From positions 94,037 through 158,036 of the forward strand of contig CAYPKD010000004.1 of assembly GCA_964411255.1 (NCBI GenBank): a stretch of DNA of 64,000 bases, written 5' to 3'. The notes beneath the pieces were generated by a model, which saw only the letters and a program-made list of their open reading frames with translations, was not told the origin of the DNA and ran no database searches. Position numbers and translations under genes: made by a program. Below, piece by piece: positions 10,062 to 18,508 of this stretch. Source of the stretch: an uncultured Gammaproteobacteria bacterium (GTDB lineage: Bacteria > Patescibacteriota > Patescibacteriia > UBA11705 > DATKZF01). Within the stretch, counting starts at the first letter, position 1. Each line of letters begins with the position of its first letter.

Positions 10062-10194
10062 AAAGACAGTTTATTGAATTAATGAATCAGCCGAAATTTG
10101 ATTTATCTTATACTATTTTAATTTATTATGCAAATTATCATTGGCTTGCCATTCGAATCTCGAGCTCGAACAAAATGAAAGCAAGAGTGAAGAA

Positions 10195-10270
10195 TGGAGC
10201 CACCCGCCGGACTCGAACCGGCGACCGACGGTTTACAAAACCGTTGCTCTACCAACTGAGCTAGGGTGGC
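10195..10270 (-). tRNA. tRNA-Thr (anticodon UGU), CCA encoded
   Basis: Manual fold: acceptor GCCACCC/GGGTGGC, D-arm GCTC-AGTTGGTA-GAGC, anticodon stem ACGGT/ACCGT with loop TTTGTAA (anticodon TGT), 5-nt variable loop, T-arm GCCGG-TTCGAGT-CCGGC, discriminator T, CCA. The overlapping + strand ORF 10082..10264 is spurious. Confidence 0.85.
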
Positions 10271-10376
10271 ATAACGCTAAGAGTTAAAGATTGAAAGTTC
10301 TTGCCAAAGGCGGGCCCGCCCCTGGCGGGAAAAAGTAAAAGACAAAAGTTAAAATATTAACCAAATCACAAAATAC

Positions 10377-10405
10377 ATTATATACAATTTTTCGATAATT
10401 GTCAA
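10377..10405 (-). promoter_or_regulatory. consensus sigma70 promoter (TTGACA-17-TATAAT) driving tRNA-Thr and rpmG
   Basis: Minus-strand reading cttgacaattatcgaaaaattgtatataatg; perfect -35 and -10 hexamers. Confidence 0.55.
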
Positions 10406-10457
10406 GAGAAATTTGGATAAAAAAGCAGATAATCTCTGAATTATCTGCTACATTCTA

Positions 10458-10841
10458 TTATTGCACTTTAGGTGCAAATGGCACATCATGCTCATGTTTA
10501 CAAACTGTACATTTCACTCTAGCTTTGGCAAAACCAGCTGAATAACCAATTAGCTGATGGCTTGTTTGAGTAAGGTCATTTTTTCCATTATTACAGTTAG
10601 GACAATAAGCTGGAATACCAGTAACTGTTCCTGTCTTACCTCTTAACGGAGGAACTTTTCTGCCATCAGGCAAAGATGAATCAACCGTTTGAGCTTTGTT
10701 AACTTCACGTAGCATTTTATCATCATCAAAAATTACAGCATCATCATCTAAGGTTCTGGGAGCAGGTGGCAAGGAAACGTCTGTATTTGAACGATTTCTA
10801 ATTCTTATCAAAATGTTTTTTAGCCAATCACTCGGTGCCAT
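10458..10841 (-). CDS. zinc-ribbon protein, hypothetical
   Basis: 127 aa; 'CPNCNNG...CTVCKHEHD' pair of CxxC motifs at the C-terminus. Confidence 0.4.
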   Translation of the reverse strand: MAPSDWLKNILIRIRNRSNTDVSLPPAPRTLDDDAVIFDDDKMLREVNKAQTVDSSLPDGRKVPPLRGKTGTVTGIPAYCPNCNNGKNDLTQTSHQLIGYSAGFAKARVKCTVCKHEHDVPFAPKVQ

Positions 10842-10938
10842 TTGTCTTCCCCTTACTTTTGATGTTACTAATGATTTATAGCATATTATTTCAGTAATGT
10901 CAAGTGAAATAAAAAACGGATAATATTTGAATTACCCG

Positions 10939-11226
10939 CTATTTTTTCACTTCATATGTTTCTTTACATTTACTACACTGAACAGAAATTGTTCCTTTTC
11001 TATTCTGTTCCACACCATGAATATTATCTGCAAAACAATGAGGACATTCTGATCTCATTTTAGTCAAAGTCTTTTTTAAAACAGCCTCAACCTTTTTATC
11101 TCGAGGATCAGTGGTTCCGACACCTACTGGCAAGGGTGAATCTGACCATCTTGCTTTTCTTTCCTGATCTTCTTTTTCAAGCAGACTCATTCCTCTTTTT
11201 TTTCTTTTTTTGAATGATCCGAACAT
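10939..11226 (-). CDS. small zinc-ribbon protein, hypothetical
   Basis: 95 aa; 'CPHC...CSKCK' CxxC pair; A/T-rich promoter-like sequence upstream. Confidence 0.45.
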   Translation of the reverse strand: MFGSFKKRKKRGMSLLEKEDQERKARWSDSPLPVGVGTTDPRDKKVEAVLKKTLTKMRSECPHCFADNIHGVEQNRKGTISVQCSKCKETYEVKK

Positions 11227-11348
11227 TTTGCCCCTCCTTGCTTCTTTCTTTTCTATTAAATATATTTAACATATTTATTTTATTTTGTCAAGTTTACTTT
11301 TTACAATAAATTGCTAAAATACATTAATGAATTAATAATAACAAAAAT

Positions 11349-11909
11349 ATGCTAAAAATTGGTCAAAAAATCCCAGATTTCAGCGTAGAAGCATTTCATA
11401 ACAATGAAATAAAAAAGATAAATTTAATTGATGAAAAATGGTTAGTTCTCCTTTTTTATCCTGCTGACTTTACTTTTGTCTGCCCTACTGAATTAGAAGA
11501 AGCTGCTTTATATTACGAGGAATTCAAGAAGCAGGGCGCAGAAATAATGAGTGTCAGTACTGACACAGCTTTTGTTCATAAAGCATGGCATGATAATTCA
11601 GAGGCTATAAAAAAGATAAGGTATCCAATGATTGCTGATCCTACAGGAACTATTTGCAAAGCATTTGGCACTTATATTGAAGAAGAAGGTGTGTCTGTCA
11701 GGGCAACATTTATTATTGATCCTGACGGCGTATTAAAAGCAATGGATATCCATGACAATAGCATTGGCCGAAGTGCTGATGAGATTCTACGAAAGCTTCA
11801 AGCAGCTAAGTTTGTCAGAGATAATAATGGCGCTCTTGTTTGTCCAGCCAACTGGAAGCCTGGTAAAGACACGTTAAAACCAGGACTTGATCTCGTTGGA
11901 AAAATTTAA
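11349..11909 (+). CDS. 2-Cys peroxiredoxin (AhpC/TSA family)
   Basis: Peroxidatic motif 'FTFVCPTELEE' and resolving Cys 'VCPANWKPG'; length 186 aa typical of the family. Confidence 0.85.
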   Translation: MLKIGQKIPDFSVEAFHNNEIKKINLIDEKWLVLLFYPADFTFVCPTELEEAALYYEEFKKQGAEIMSVSTDTAFVHKAWHDNSEAIKKIRYPMIADPTGTICKAFGTYIEEEGVSVRATFIIDPDGVLKAMDIHDNSIGRSADEILRKLQAAKFVRDNNGALVCPANWKPGKDTLKPGLDLVGKI

Positions 11910-11965
11910 ACTAACTTTATTTCTTTAATAAAAAAACCTGCGTTAATTCAACGCAAGTTTTTGTT

Positions 11966-12571
11966 TTAAAAGGCACAGCTTGTTTTCACCCGAAACGTAT
12001 GACCTTTGTTTTCCTTCTGAACTCCAAAATAATACTGAACATCAAAGGACCATGGCGTATCTGGCTTGTTCAGTCCAAAGTGTGGACCAAACATAACACC
12101 TTTTTCAATCTGTTCACCATGAACGCCAAGCTTCAGCCATTTTATAGGATGATAGTCTAAGGCGTAAAAGCCATAGTAATCATAAACATCTTTAAAATGG
12201 TTGGCCAAAAAATCTCCTTCGAAAAACATCGTGAACTGGCCCTCAAAAAATGAAAATCCAATCCACAGACTGGCATCAAATGCAGTCGTATCTGCCCAAT
12301 TGATTCCAGTACCAATCAACGGAGATACCCAAAACCAATCAGTAATCACCCACATTGGGCCAATATAGGCAAAATACATGTGAATACCATTTTCTGGTGA
12401 TACAAATGCAATTGAATTGCCAAATAGCGACAATGTCTGACCTGCAGCCAAATTATCACCTAATTCGACTGAGCTCTCGACAGAAAACATCAATTCAGCG
12501 CCCCTCCAGCTATACTCAGCAAGAGCAGTTTGCGAAACGCACAGCAATACAATAAAAATCAGCTTTTTCAT
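11966..12571 (-). CDS. secreted hypothetical protein (signal peptide, aromatic-rich)
   Basis: N-terminal 'MKKLIFIVLLCVSQTALA'; W/Y/F-rich, possibly beta-rich; no family recognised. Confidence 0.45.
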   Translation of the reverse strand: MKKLIFIVLLCVSQTALAEYSWRGAELMFSVESSVELGDNLAAGQTLSLFGNSIAFVSPENGIHMYFAYIGPMWVITDWFWVSPLIGTGINWADTTAFDASLWIGFSFFEGQFTMFFEGDFLANHFKDVYDYYGFYALDYHPIKWLKLGVHGEQIEKGVMFGPHFGLNKPDTPWSFDVQYYFGVQKENKGHTFRVKTSCAF

Positions 12572-12797
12572 GTTTTTTCCTCCAGGAAATTGTAAGAACA
12601 GTCAACATCATATTATAACAAACATAAATAAATATGTCAACAGCATTATTCGTAATTATTTGTAATAATAACAAAAAAAATTTGTAATATACTAAAAAAC
12701 AGCATGTTATGACATACTGTTAATTTGTAATATTGTCTAAAAGCTCATTCATTAATATATGAATCTCAAAGTTTGAAGCAACATGACTGGCCCCAAA

Positions 12798-13106
12798 CTA
12801 TAGCATTTTTTCTGCATACACTTCAGAAGCTGACTTTGCAATTATTGGATTGGTAAAACCTGTTCTTCTTATTTTTTGTACAAACGGATAGGTATTTGGC
12901 ACTCTTCCAGGCACACAGCAATCCATTACCATAAAATCAAAATTTTGATCTTGGTCAAAAATTTTCTCAGCATCTACTAAATTATTAGCCCAAATTACAT
13001 CTGCCCTGTCTGCAACTGTAGTCTGCCAAAAATCAACCAGCGTATCTTCATCCTCAACCACAAAAATTCGAGCCTTTTTCAAATCTGGCGCCCTCCTTTT
13101 CACCAA
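12798..13106 (-). CDS. single-domain response regulator (CheY-like receiver)
   Basis: 'RIFVVEDEDT' acidic pocket and 'FDFMVMDCCVPG' phospho-acceptor region; 102 aa. Confidence 0.5.
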   Translation of the reverse strand: MVKRRAPDLKKARIFVVEDEDTLVDFWQTTVADRADVIWANNLVDAEKIFDQDQNFDFMVMDCCVPGRVPNTYPFVQKIRRTGFTNPIIAKSASEVYAEKML

Positions 13107-13242
13107 TCAAAACGTGCCAATATATATGGCACAGACAATAAAAATAGAATAACATATTTTTTCACTCGTTGTCAAGACTAAAAGCAACTACTTGAATTTT
13201 TTCGACAAATATACTAGAATAAATAATCAAAAAGGAGGGAAC

Positions 13243-13611
13243 ATGCAGTCCTTTACAAAACGCCTAAAAGCAATATTTTCACAGCGCGATCCGCCAAAAG
13301 AAAAATTAGCTGATAAAAGAGTGGCTAAATGGATTGAAAAAAGAAAAAAGCATTTTGATACGACTAAAAAAGAGGTAGAAAAATTAATTGAAAAATATCA
13401 ATTGCAGCCAGATGGCAAACCAATTGAATATGCCTTAATGGATCTACCACCGCTGATTAATGGTGTAATACCAAATACAATTTGTATTTTAATTGTTAAT
13501 GCTGAGAACTTTGAAACAATTGTAAAAGGTGAAAATGTAAAAGATATAGATATGCTATTTCCTGATAAAAAAATTTTTGCCCAAGATCAAATCAAGAATT
13601 TTTTCATTTAA
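13243..13611 (+). CDS. hypothetical protein
   Basis: Start moved to the ATG preceded by a strong RBS aaaggaggg (the track ORF starts at 13192); TTGAAT-17-TAGAAT promoter at ~13185-13213. Confidence 0.45.
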   Translation: MQSFTKRLKAIFSQRDPPKEKLADKRVAKWIEKRKKHFDTTKKEVEKLIEKYQLQPDGKPIEYALMDLPPLINGVIPNTICILIVNAENFETIVKGENVKDIDMLFPDKKIFAQDQIKNFFI

Positions 13612-13882
13612 AGTTGGATGGCTTCGGATCTATACAGATACCAATTTCAATGCCAGTGACTTTTATACAAGCTTATGGAATAACCTAAATCATACTTTCA
13701 AGGAATATCAGGGTAAAGTAGTGAAAATGGATGACTTTATTAAATATATCAAAAACAATATTGGACTGTATTATGATGTGATTTTTGACAAAAAGCTTAT
13801 TCTTATATCAATTAACTACAGAGCTCTTGAACCGGAAAAACAAGTTACTTTAATTTATCCAAAAAAACAAGCAGATTCATAA
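13577..13882 (+). CDS. hypothetical protein (overlaps the previous ORF by 35 nt in another frame; possible frameshift continuation)
   Basis: 101 aa ORF in frame +1 relative to 13243..13611; no separate RBS. Confidence 0.3.
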   Translation: MPKIKSRIFSFKVGWLRIYTDTNFNASDFYTSLWNNLNHTFKEYQGKVVKMDDFIKYIKNNIGLYYDVIFDKKLILISINYRALEPEKQVTLIYPKKQADS

Positions 13883-13891
13883 TCTGCTTTT

Positions 13892-14266
13892 TTATATTCT
13901 GCCTTTTAAAAAAACATTCAATCGCATAAAGGAATTTTTCTCTCCTGCGATATATTGTATCAAGGCAATTAAATCCTGAAATCTTCTATCAATTTGAATC
14001 CGGCGCACTTTATTTGACGAACGTCGAAAACTTCTTCCTCGTTGAGCCTCAATATCTTCAATTAATATTTTTAAATCTTTTTCTCCGTTAAATCTAAGAC
14101 CGGGAATGGTATTAAATACTGGCTGTTCTCCAAGTAAATATCTAAGTAATGAAATGCAATCATTTATTCTAACCTGGAACTGATCTATTTTACTACCTGA
14201 TATTGGTTTTCTCAAAGCCAACTTAAACTTATTATATAGTTCTAAAAGTTCTGGTCTTGTCTTCAT
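13892..14266 (-). CDS. hypothetical protein
   Basis: 124 aa ORF, basic. Confidence 0.4.
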   Translation of the reverse strand: MKTRPELLELYNKFKLALRKPISGSKIDQFQVRINDCISLLRYLLGEQPVFNTIPGLRFNGEKDLKILIEDIEAQRGRSFRRSSNKVRRIQIDRRFQDLIALIQYIAGEKNSFMRLNVFLKGRI

Positions 14267-14384
14267 TTCACTCCTCCTTTGTGATATTATTTTTTATCAA
14301 ATATTTTCAAATCAGTCAACTTGACAAAATGTAAGAAATATTTTAAAATACTATCATTCAATATTCCAAACCCACTACTAAGGA

Positions 14385-14654
14385 GTGAAAATGAACAGTC
14401 ACCTTTCTGAAGCACAGCATCATGTTGATCTAGGAGAAACCGATACTTATATAAAATGTGAATATTGTCATAATTCATTGCCCAGTCATCATGCTGACTG
14501 TCCTCAGGTTACTAAAAAATTTCAAGAATGGAAAAAAGGGTTGAATATTGGCAGAAATGGCATAACTATGCCAAAAAATCTTAATCCTACTGCACAGGTC
14601 GGCTGGCATATAGGAAACATAATGCTTGATCCGAAAAATATTGCAAGAAACTAA
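14385..14654 (+). CDS. small Cys/His-rich hypothetical protein
   Basis: RBS aaggagtg; 'CEYCHNSLPSHHADCP' metal-binding-like motif; terminator follows. Confidence 0.5.
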   Translation: MKMNSHLSEAQHHVDLGETDTYIKCEYCHNSLPSHHADCPQVTKKFQEWKKGLNIGRNGITMPKNLNPTAQVGWHIGNIMLDPKNIARN

Positions 14655-14683
14655 ACTCTTCTGACATTCAGAAGAGTTTTTTA
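14655..14683 (+). terminator. rho-independent terminator
   Basis: ctcttctga-cat-tcagaagag followed by TTTTTT. Confidence 0.6.
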
Positions 14684-14904
14684 TTGACTTATTAAAATGT
14701 ATATGCAAAAATTTAAATAGGCCTGTTATTGCAGAGTATTTCAGGTCTTCATACTCTAACACTCTTGCGGAAAGGAAAACGACCATGCTGAAAGTAGCAA
14801 GAGACAATCCTTATGACGGTTAAATAATCGTCAAGGAACATCAGATGGATTTGATTCAATCCTTGGGCTGCGCCTAGCCGATCAAGGAATTTTAAAAATT
14901 TTTA

Positions 14905-14936
14905 ACTCTCAAGTGGCGCATTGAGAGTTTTATATT
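14905..14936 (+). terminator. rho-independent terminator inside an ORF-poor island
   Basis: actctcaa-gtggcgca-ttgagagt followed by TTTATATTT. Confidence 0.45.
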
Positions 14937-15182
14937 TGACAAATTTTTAATTTTATGAAAAAATTTAAATGGAGGGGGGTAGTCCAAGGTGGGACGTCAA
15001 TCAACCGTACAACAGTAGCGTCCACGAAAACCTTAAACAGTAAAGGAGTGAATGATGGATCACTTCAACATCGTCGGACGACCTGCGCCTGGAGACGACC
15101 CTTACGAGACCCCTAGCCTCAGGCTTTGAAAATTGACTTTTGGCTGCTTTTAAGCCGACCCTTGTCTTTTCAAAGCGACGTT

Positions 15183-15220
15183 GAACTCCTACTGACATTC
15201 AGTAGGAGTTCAAATTTTTT
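15183..15220 (+). terminator. rho-independent terminator (13-bp stem) closing the 14.94-15.22 kb unit
   Basis: gaactcctactga-cat-tcagtaggagttc then AAATTTTTT; shares the loop 'ctga-cat-tcag' with the 14655 terminator. Confidence 0.55.
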
Positions 15221-15223
15221 AAA

Positions 15224-15670
15224 TTATTTTTTCATTTTAAAAAACAACCAATTCTTATCCCTGAACTTTATCAATGCATACTTCCCCTTTAATTTTCTGC
15301 CTTTTATTTCAATAATATATTTTTTTTCTTTTTTCTCATCTAACATTTTGTATCTTCCTCTGTCCCAAACTTTTACCTCACCTGCGCCATACTCTCCTTT
15401 TGGAATCGTTCCCTTCCAATATGCATAATCAAGCGGATGATCTTCAGTTTGGACTGCTAATCTTTTTAATCCCACCTTTTTCGGTGGTTTTTTTGGAATG
15501 GCAAAAGATTTTAAAACACCGTCTTTTTCCAATCTTAAATCCCAATGCAAATTTCTGGCATGATGCTCCTGAATTGAATAAATATCTCCAGTTTTTGACT
15601 TTTTTACCACTGGTTTTGGTTCAGGAGTTTTAGTAAATTTTCTTTTCTTTTTATATTGTGTTAAAGACAT
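15224..15670 (-). CDS. stand-alone LigD 3'-phosphoesterase (PE) domain protein
   Basis: 'IQEHHARNLHWDLRLEKDGVLKSFAIPKKPP' matches the LigD-PE signature (H-ARRLH-D-RLE...W-VPKGP); 148 aa. Confidence 0.8.
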   Translation of the reverse strand: MSLTQYKKKRKFTKTPEPKPVVKKSKTGDIYSIQEHHARNLHWDLRLEKDGVLKSFAIPKKPPKKVGLKRLAVQTEDHPLDYAYWKGTIPKGEYGAGEVKVWDRGRYKMLDEKKEKKYIIEIKGRKLKGKYALIKFRDKNWLFFKMKK

Positions 15671-15673
15671 AGA

Positions 15674-16372
15674 TTATTTTAACAAGCCAATTATATTTCC
15701 TATCAATAGTCCTATTAAATACGCAAAGGCAGAAACTGCGGCCCCAATAACAAGCATTTCAAGTCCGCTCTTTGACTTGTCTATTTCTGTTAATTGGCCC
15801 TTATAATATCCTAGAATAAATAAACTTAAACAAGCTAAAATGATTGAAAGAATTATTCCATAACCAACTGGCAGAAAAAAGTATGGCAGAACAGGAACAA
15901 TTCCACCAATTATATATGAAAAAAACATATATACAGAATTTTTAAATGGCTTTTCATACTTACCCATTACAATTCCCAATTCCTTATGGGCTATTTCCTC
16001 TAAAAGCAATTTTTCATCTTTCATCACATGATTAACCATTTTCTTTATCTCATCATCATGATATCCTCTTTTTTTATAAAATTTAATTAAATCTTCCCTT
16101 TTTGCTTCAGGATCCTTTTGGATCTCATCTAATTCTTCTTTTAATAATTTTTCTTGGGCTTGTCTTTCAGATTTTGAAGATAAATATGTACCAGCTCCCA
16201 TTGATAAAGCTTCAACTAAAACAACAATGATTCCAGACAGAATTATAACTGCCCTATTATTTGTACCGCCGGCAATCCCAGTTAAAACTCCCAAAGTTGA
16301 GATTAATCCATCCTCAACTCCAAAAACCACCTGTCGTATTTGTCCAAAAACTTTTTGTGAAAACTTTTTCAT
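15674..16372 (-). CDS. VIT1/CCC1-family iron/manganese transporter
   Basis: N-terminal 'VFGVEDGLISTLGVLTGIAG' VIT signature, central coiled-coil/ferritin-like segment, C-terminal TM helices. Confidence 0.7.
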   Translation of the reverse strand: MKKFSQKVFGQIRQVVFGVEDGLISTLGVLTGIAGGTNNRAVIILSGIIVVLVEALSMGAGTYLSSKSERQAQEKLLKEELDEIQKDPEAKREDLIKFYKKRGYHDDEIKKMVNHVMKDEKLLLEEIAHKELGIVMGKYEKPFKNSVYMFFSYIIGGIVPVLPYFFLPVGYGIILSIILACLSLFILGYYKGQLTEIDKSKSGLEMLVIGAAVSAFAYLIGLLIGNIIGLLK

Positions 16373-16426
16373 ATTTTTATTTTTTATTTTATTAAAAAAC
16401 TCCCACTATCTTTATAGTAAGAGTTT

Positions 16427-17743
16427 TTACTGCTTCACGCAAGTAGTGATGCGTATAAGCAACTCATCCAAAAAGCGCTCAGCCTCAGCAAAAGAATCTG
16501 CTACCATTACACATTGTATTTTGCCGCCTTTATAATCAGCTTCTTCGTTCTTGTTCAGCAGCCCAGGATTATAAAAGGCAACTCCTTTTTTATTTTGTTG
16601 ATCAAAAAGAATCCCTGTACAAAGTTCGAGTAACCTGGAAAAAGGCATGTCACATAAATTCTTATGATTCATATCAATACCATAAATTACTTTGTCCAAA
16701 ACTCCCTGAACTCTGGCAAATTCCCTGATAAAAGTAACTCCGCCCTTTCGAGCATTAGCTTCAATCCAGGTTAATGTGTGTCTGCCATTCCTAAAAACAA
16801 TAACTGTATCAAACCCAATATCGCCCTCATGATCTAACCGATTATATTCCCGTGCAAATTCCATTCCCTCTTCCAGCATCTGGGCTTTATTGTATACTGG
16901 GATTCTAGCCGGGTATATTGCTCCGCCATATGTCCGGATATCACCAATCAAAATCTGTTCCCAGGGTCCAGGTAAGGGCATTACTTTGCCATTAACCATA
17001 AAATGAATTGATGGCGACACCTCAACTCCAGCCAGCCATTCTTCTACCACTCCAGAATTAAACTGAATTCGGTCATAGAATCTTTTTACTTTGTCCTGCC
17101 ATCCAGCTGAGCTGTCAAATCTAAAATTTTCAGTTGAGCTGGCGCCTTTATCTTCTTTCATTACGACTTGTTTTGCTCCTTTTCGAAAAAGCAATTTAGA
17201 AGCATCTATTACTTCTTTTACATCTTGTAAAAATTCTTCTCCATCAGCGACTTTCACACCAATTTCCTTGGCAATTGTTCTGAAATTACTTTTTCTACCA
17301 TTTCGTTCATTTGATGCTCTGCCAAGTATTTTATATCCTGTTTCCTGGGCAAATCTTTCTTCAAAATCACTAACAATAAATACATCGAACAGAGCCTCAG
17401 CTGGATCAGCCAATGACATCAGGTGATGTAGGGTTGCACTGTCTGCTAATAGCTTTTCACCTAAATGCTTTCCGTCAGCCTTTGGCACAATAAAAATTTC
17501 ATGCAAATTTTCATTGCCATATCCCAGATAATTTCTTCTATATTCCAAATAACTATTTGGCGGCATTGAGGATAATAAGAATATTGACTGTCCTTCTAAA
17601 GGAGCTACATGTAATACTCTTTTTTCATAATTTTGTATTCCAGGAATGTGTTTCCAATTTGGTTCAGACATAAAATGTCCGAATATGTTTGGGTGATGTA
17701 TGGCACTCACGACTACCTCCTGTCGTGTTAGCTTGAACCTCAA
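16427..17743 (-). CDS. ATP-grasp-superfamily enzyme (putative ligase), function unknown
   Basis: C-terminal 'IEANARKGG' resembles the ATP-grasp E-x-N-x-R motif; 438 aa; GC-richer than its neighbours; first gene of the operon with VIT1 and LigD-PE. Confidence 0.35.
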   Translation of the reverse strand: MRFKLTRQEVVVSAIHHPNIFGHFMSEPNWKHIPGIQNYEKRVLHVAPLEGQSIFLLSSMPPNSYLEYRRNYLGYGNENLHEIFIVPKADGKHLGEKLLADSATLHHLMSLADPAEALFDVFIVSDFEERFAQETGYKILGRASNERNGRKSNFRTIAKEIGVKVADGEEFLQDVKEVIDASKLLFRKGAKQVVMKEDKGASSTENFRFDSSAGWQDKVKRFYDRIQFNSGVVEEWLAGVEVSPSIHFMVNGKVMPLPGPWEQILIGDIRTYGGAIYPARIPVYNKAQMLEEGMEFAREYNRLDHEGDIGFDTVIVFRNGRHTLTWIEANARKGGVTFIREFARVQGVLDKVIYGIDMNHKNLCDMPFSRLLELCTGILFDQQNKKGVAFYNPGLLNKNEEADYKGGKIQCVMVADSFAEAERFLDELLIRITTCVKQ

Positions 17744-17938
17744 GGAACATGTCAGCTATTTAATTAAAAATAGCCATCGCAGCTGATGACTATGAAAGTA
17801 TAAAAGCAAGCTTTAGCCATCAACTACCAGGGCTATTAATAAAAATAGCAGATATTGCGGAGTAATTGTTTATATGCAAATTTGTCATAAATTATATCTT
17901 ATACTTTAAAAGTAGTCAATATTTTTAGATGTTAAAAA

Positions 17939-18505
17939 TTATTCATTTACTTGCTGCTCAGCCTCAATTATTGCCTGCTTTATCTCTACTGGAAATCTTT
18001 TGCTAAATTCTGTGACAAAATCAGCTGGGAACTCTCTTAATTCAATTAAATCCTTACCTTTCAGCTCAGCAAAAAACCAAATTAATTGTTTACTTTTCGG
18101 ATCTTCTATTAATAGAAGCCCCGCATCTTCTGGAATTGGTTTTAAATTCGGATAAAATCTACCAACTGGAACTGATTTAATATCTTTTAATATAATCTCT
18201 TTTTTTACATTTTCTAATTCAAAATGTGGCTTTCCTTCATATTTTTCTGCTTCTCGAATATGCTGCCATTCCAAAGCGACCTGAGCTCTAGGATCATCGT
18301 GCTCAACCAAATATGGAAGTTTACCTAGCACAGCATCAGGCTCTTTTTTATATTCCCAGACTCTCCAAAACCATTGAATGTTCTTCTTCTCTTCAGGAGT
18401 TAATTTCTTTTTTTCAGTTTTCTCACCTTTAATAACCTTAAAGTGTCTGGGTTTATCAGGTTGTTCTCCAAAATCTAGTGGAATTTGCTCAACATTTTGA
18501 ACCAT
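17939..18505 (-). CDS. hypothetical protein
   Basis: 188 aa ORF, charged; no family recognised. Confidence 0.4.
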   Translation of the reverse strand: MVQNVEQIPLDFGEQPDKPRHFKVIKGEKTEKKKLTPEEKKNIQWFWRVWEYKKEPDAVLGKLPYLVEHDDPRAQVALEWQHIREAEKYEGKPHFELENVKKEIILKDIKSVPVGRFYPNLKPIPEDAGLLLIEDPKSKQLIWFFAELKGKDLIELREFPADFVTEFSKRFPVEIKQAIIEAEQQVNE

Positions 18506-18508
18506 ATT

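Noticed and set aside
10082-10264. 60-aa plus-strand ORF
   Set aside because: Overlaps the antisense strand of tRNA-Thr; no RBS; spurious.
14287-14807. Minus-strand ORFs 14287..14478 and 14475..14807
   Set aside because: Overlap the well-supported plus-strand gene 14385..14654 (strong RBS, terminator) and the terminator/sORF island; no RBS; likely noise.
14940-15222. tmRNA, RNase P RNA or SRP RNA in the ORF-poor island
   Set aside because: I compared by eye against conserved boxes: tmRNA 5' GGGGCUG with 3' T-arm/CCA and a tag reading frame; RNase P GGAAAGUCCGGGCU, AGGGUGAAA and ACAGAAUCCGGCUUA; SRP GGAAGCAGC helix. None is present convincingly on either strand. Kept only as an unclassified sRNA/sORF candidate.
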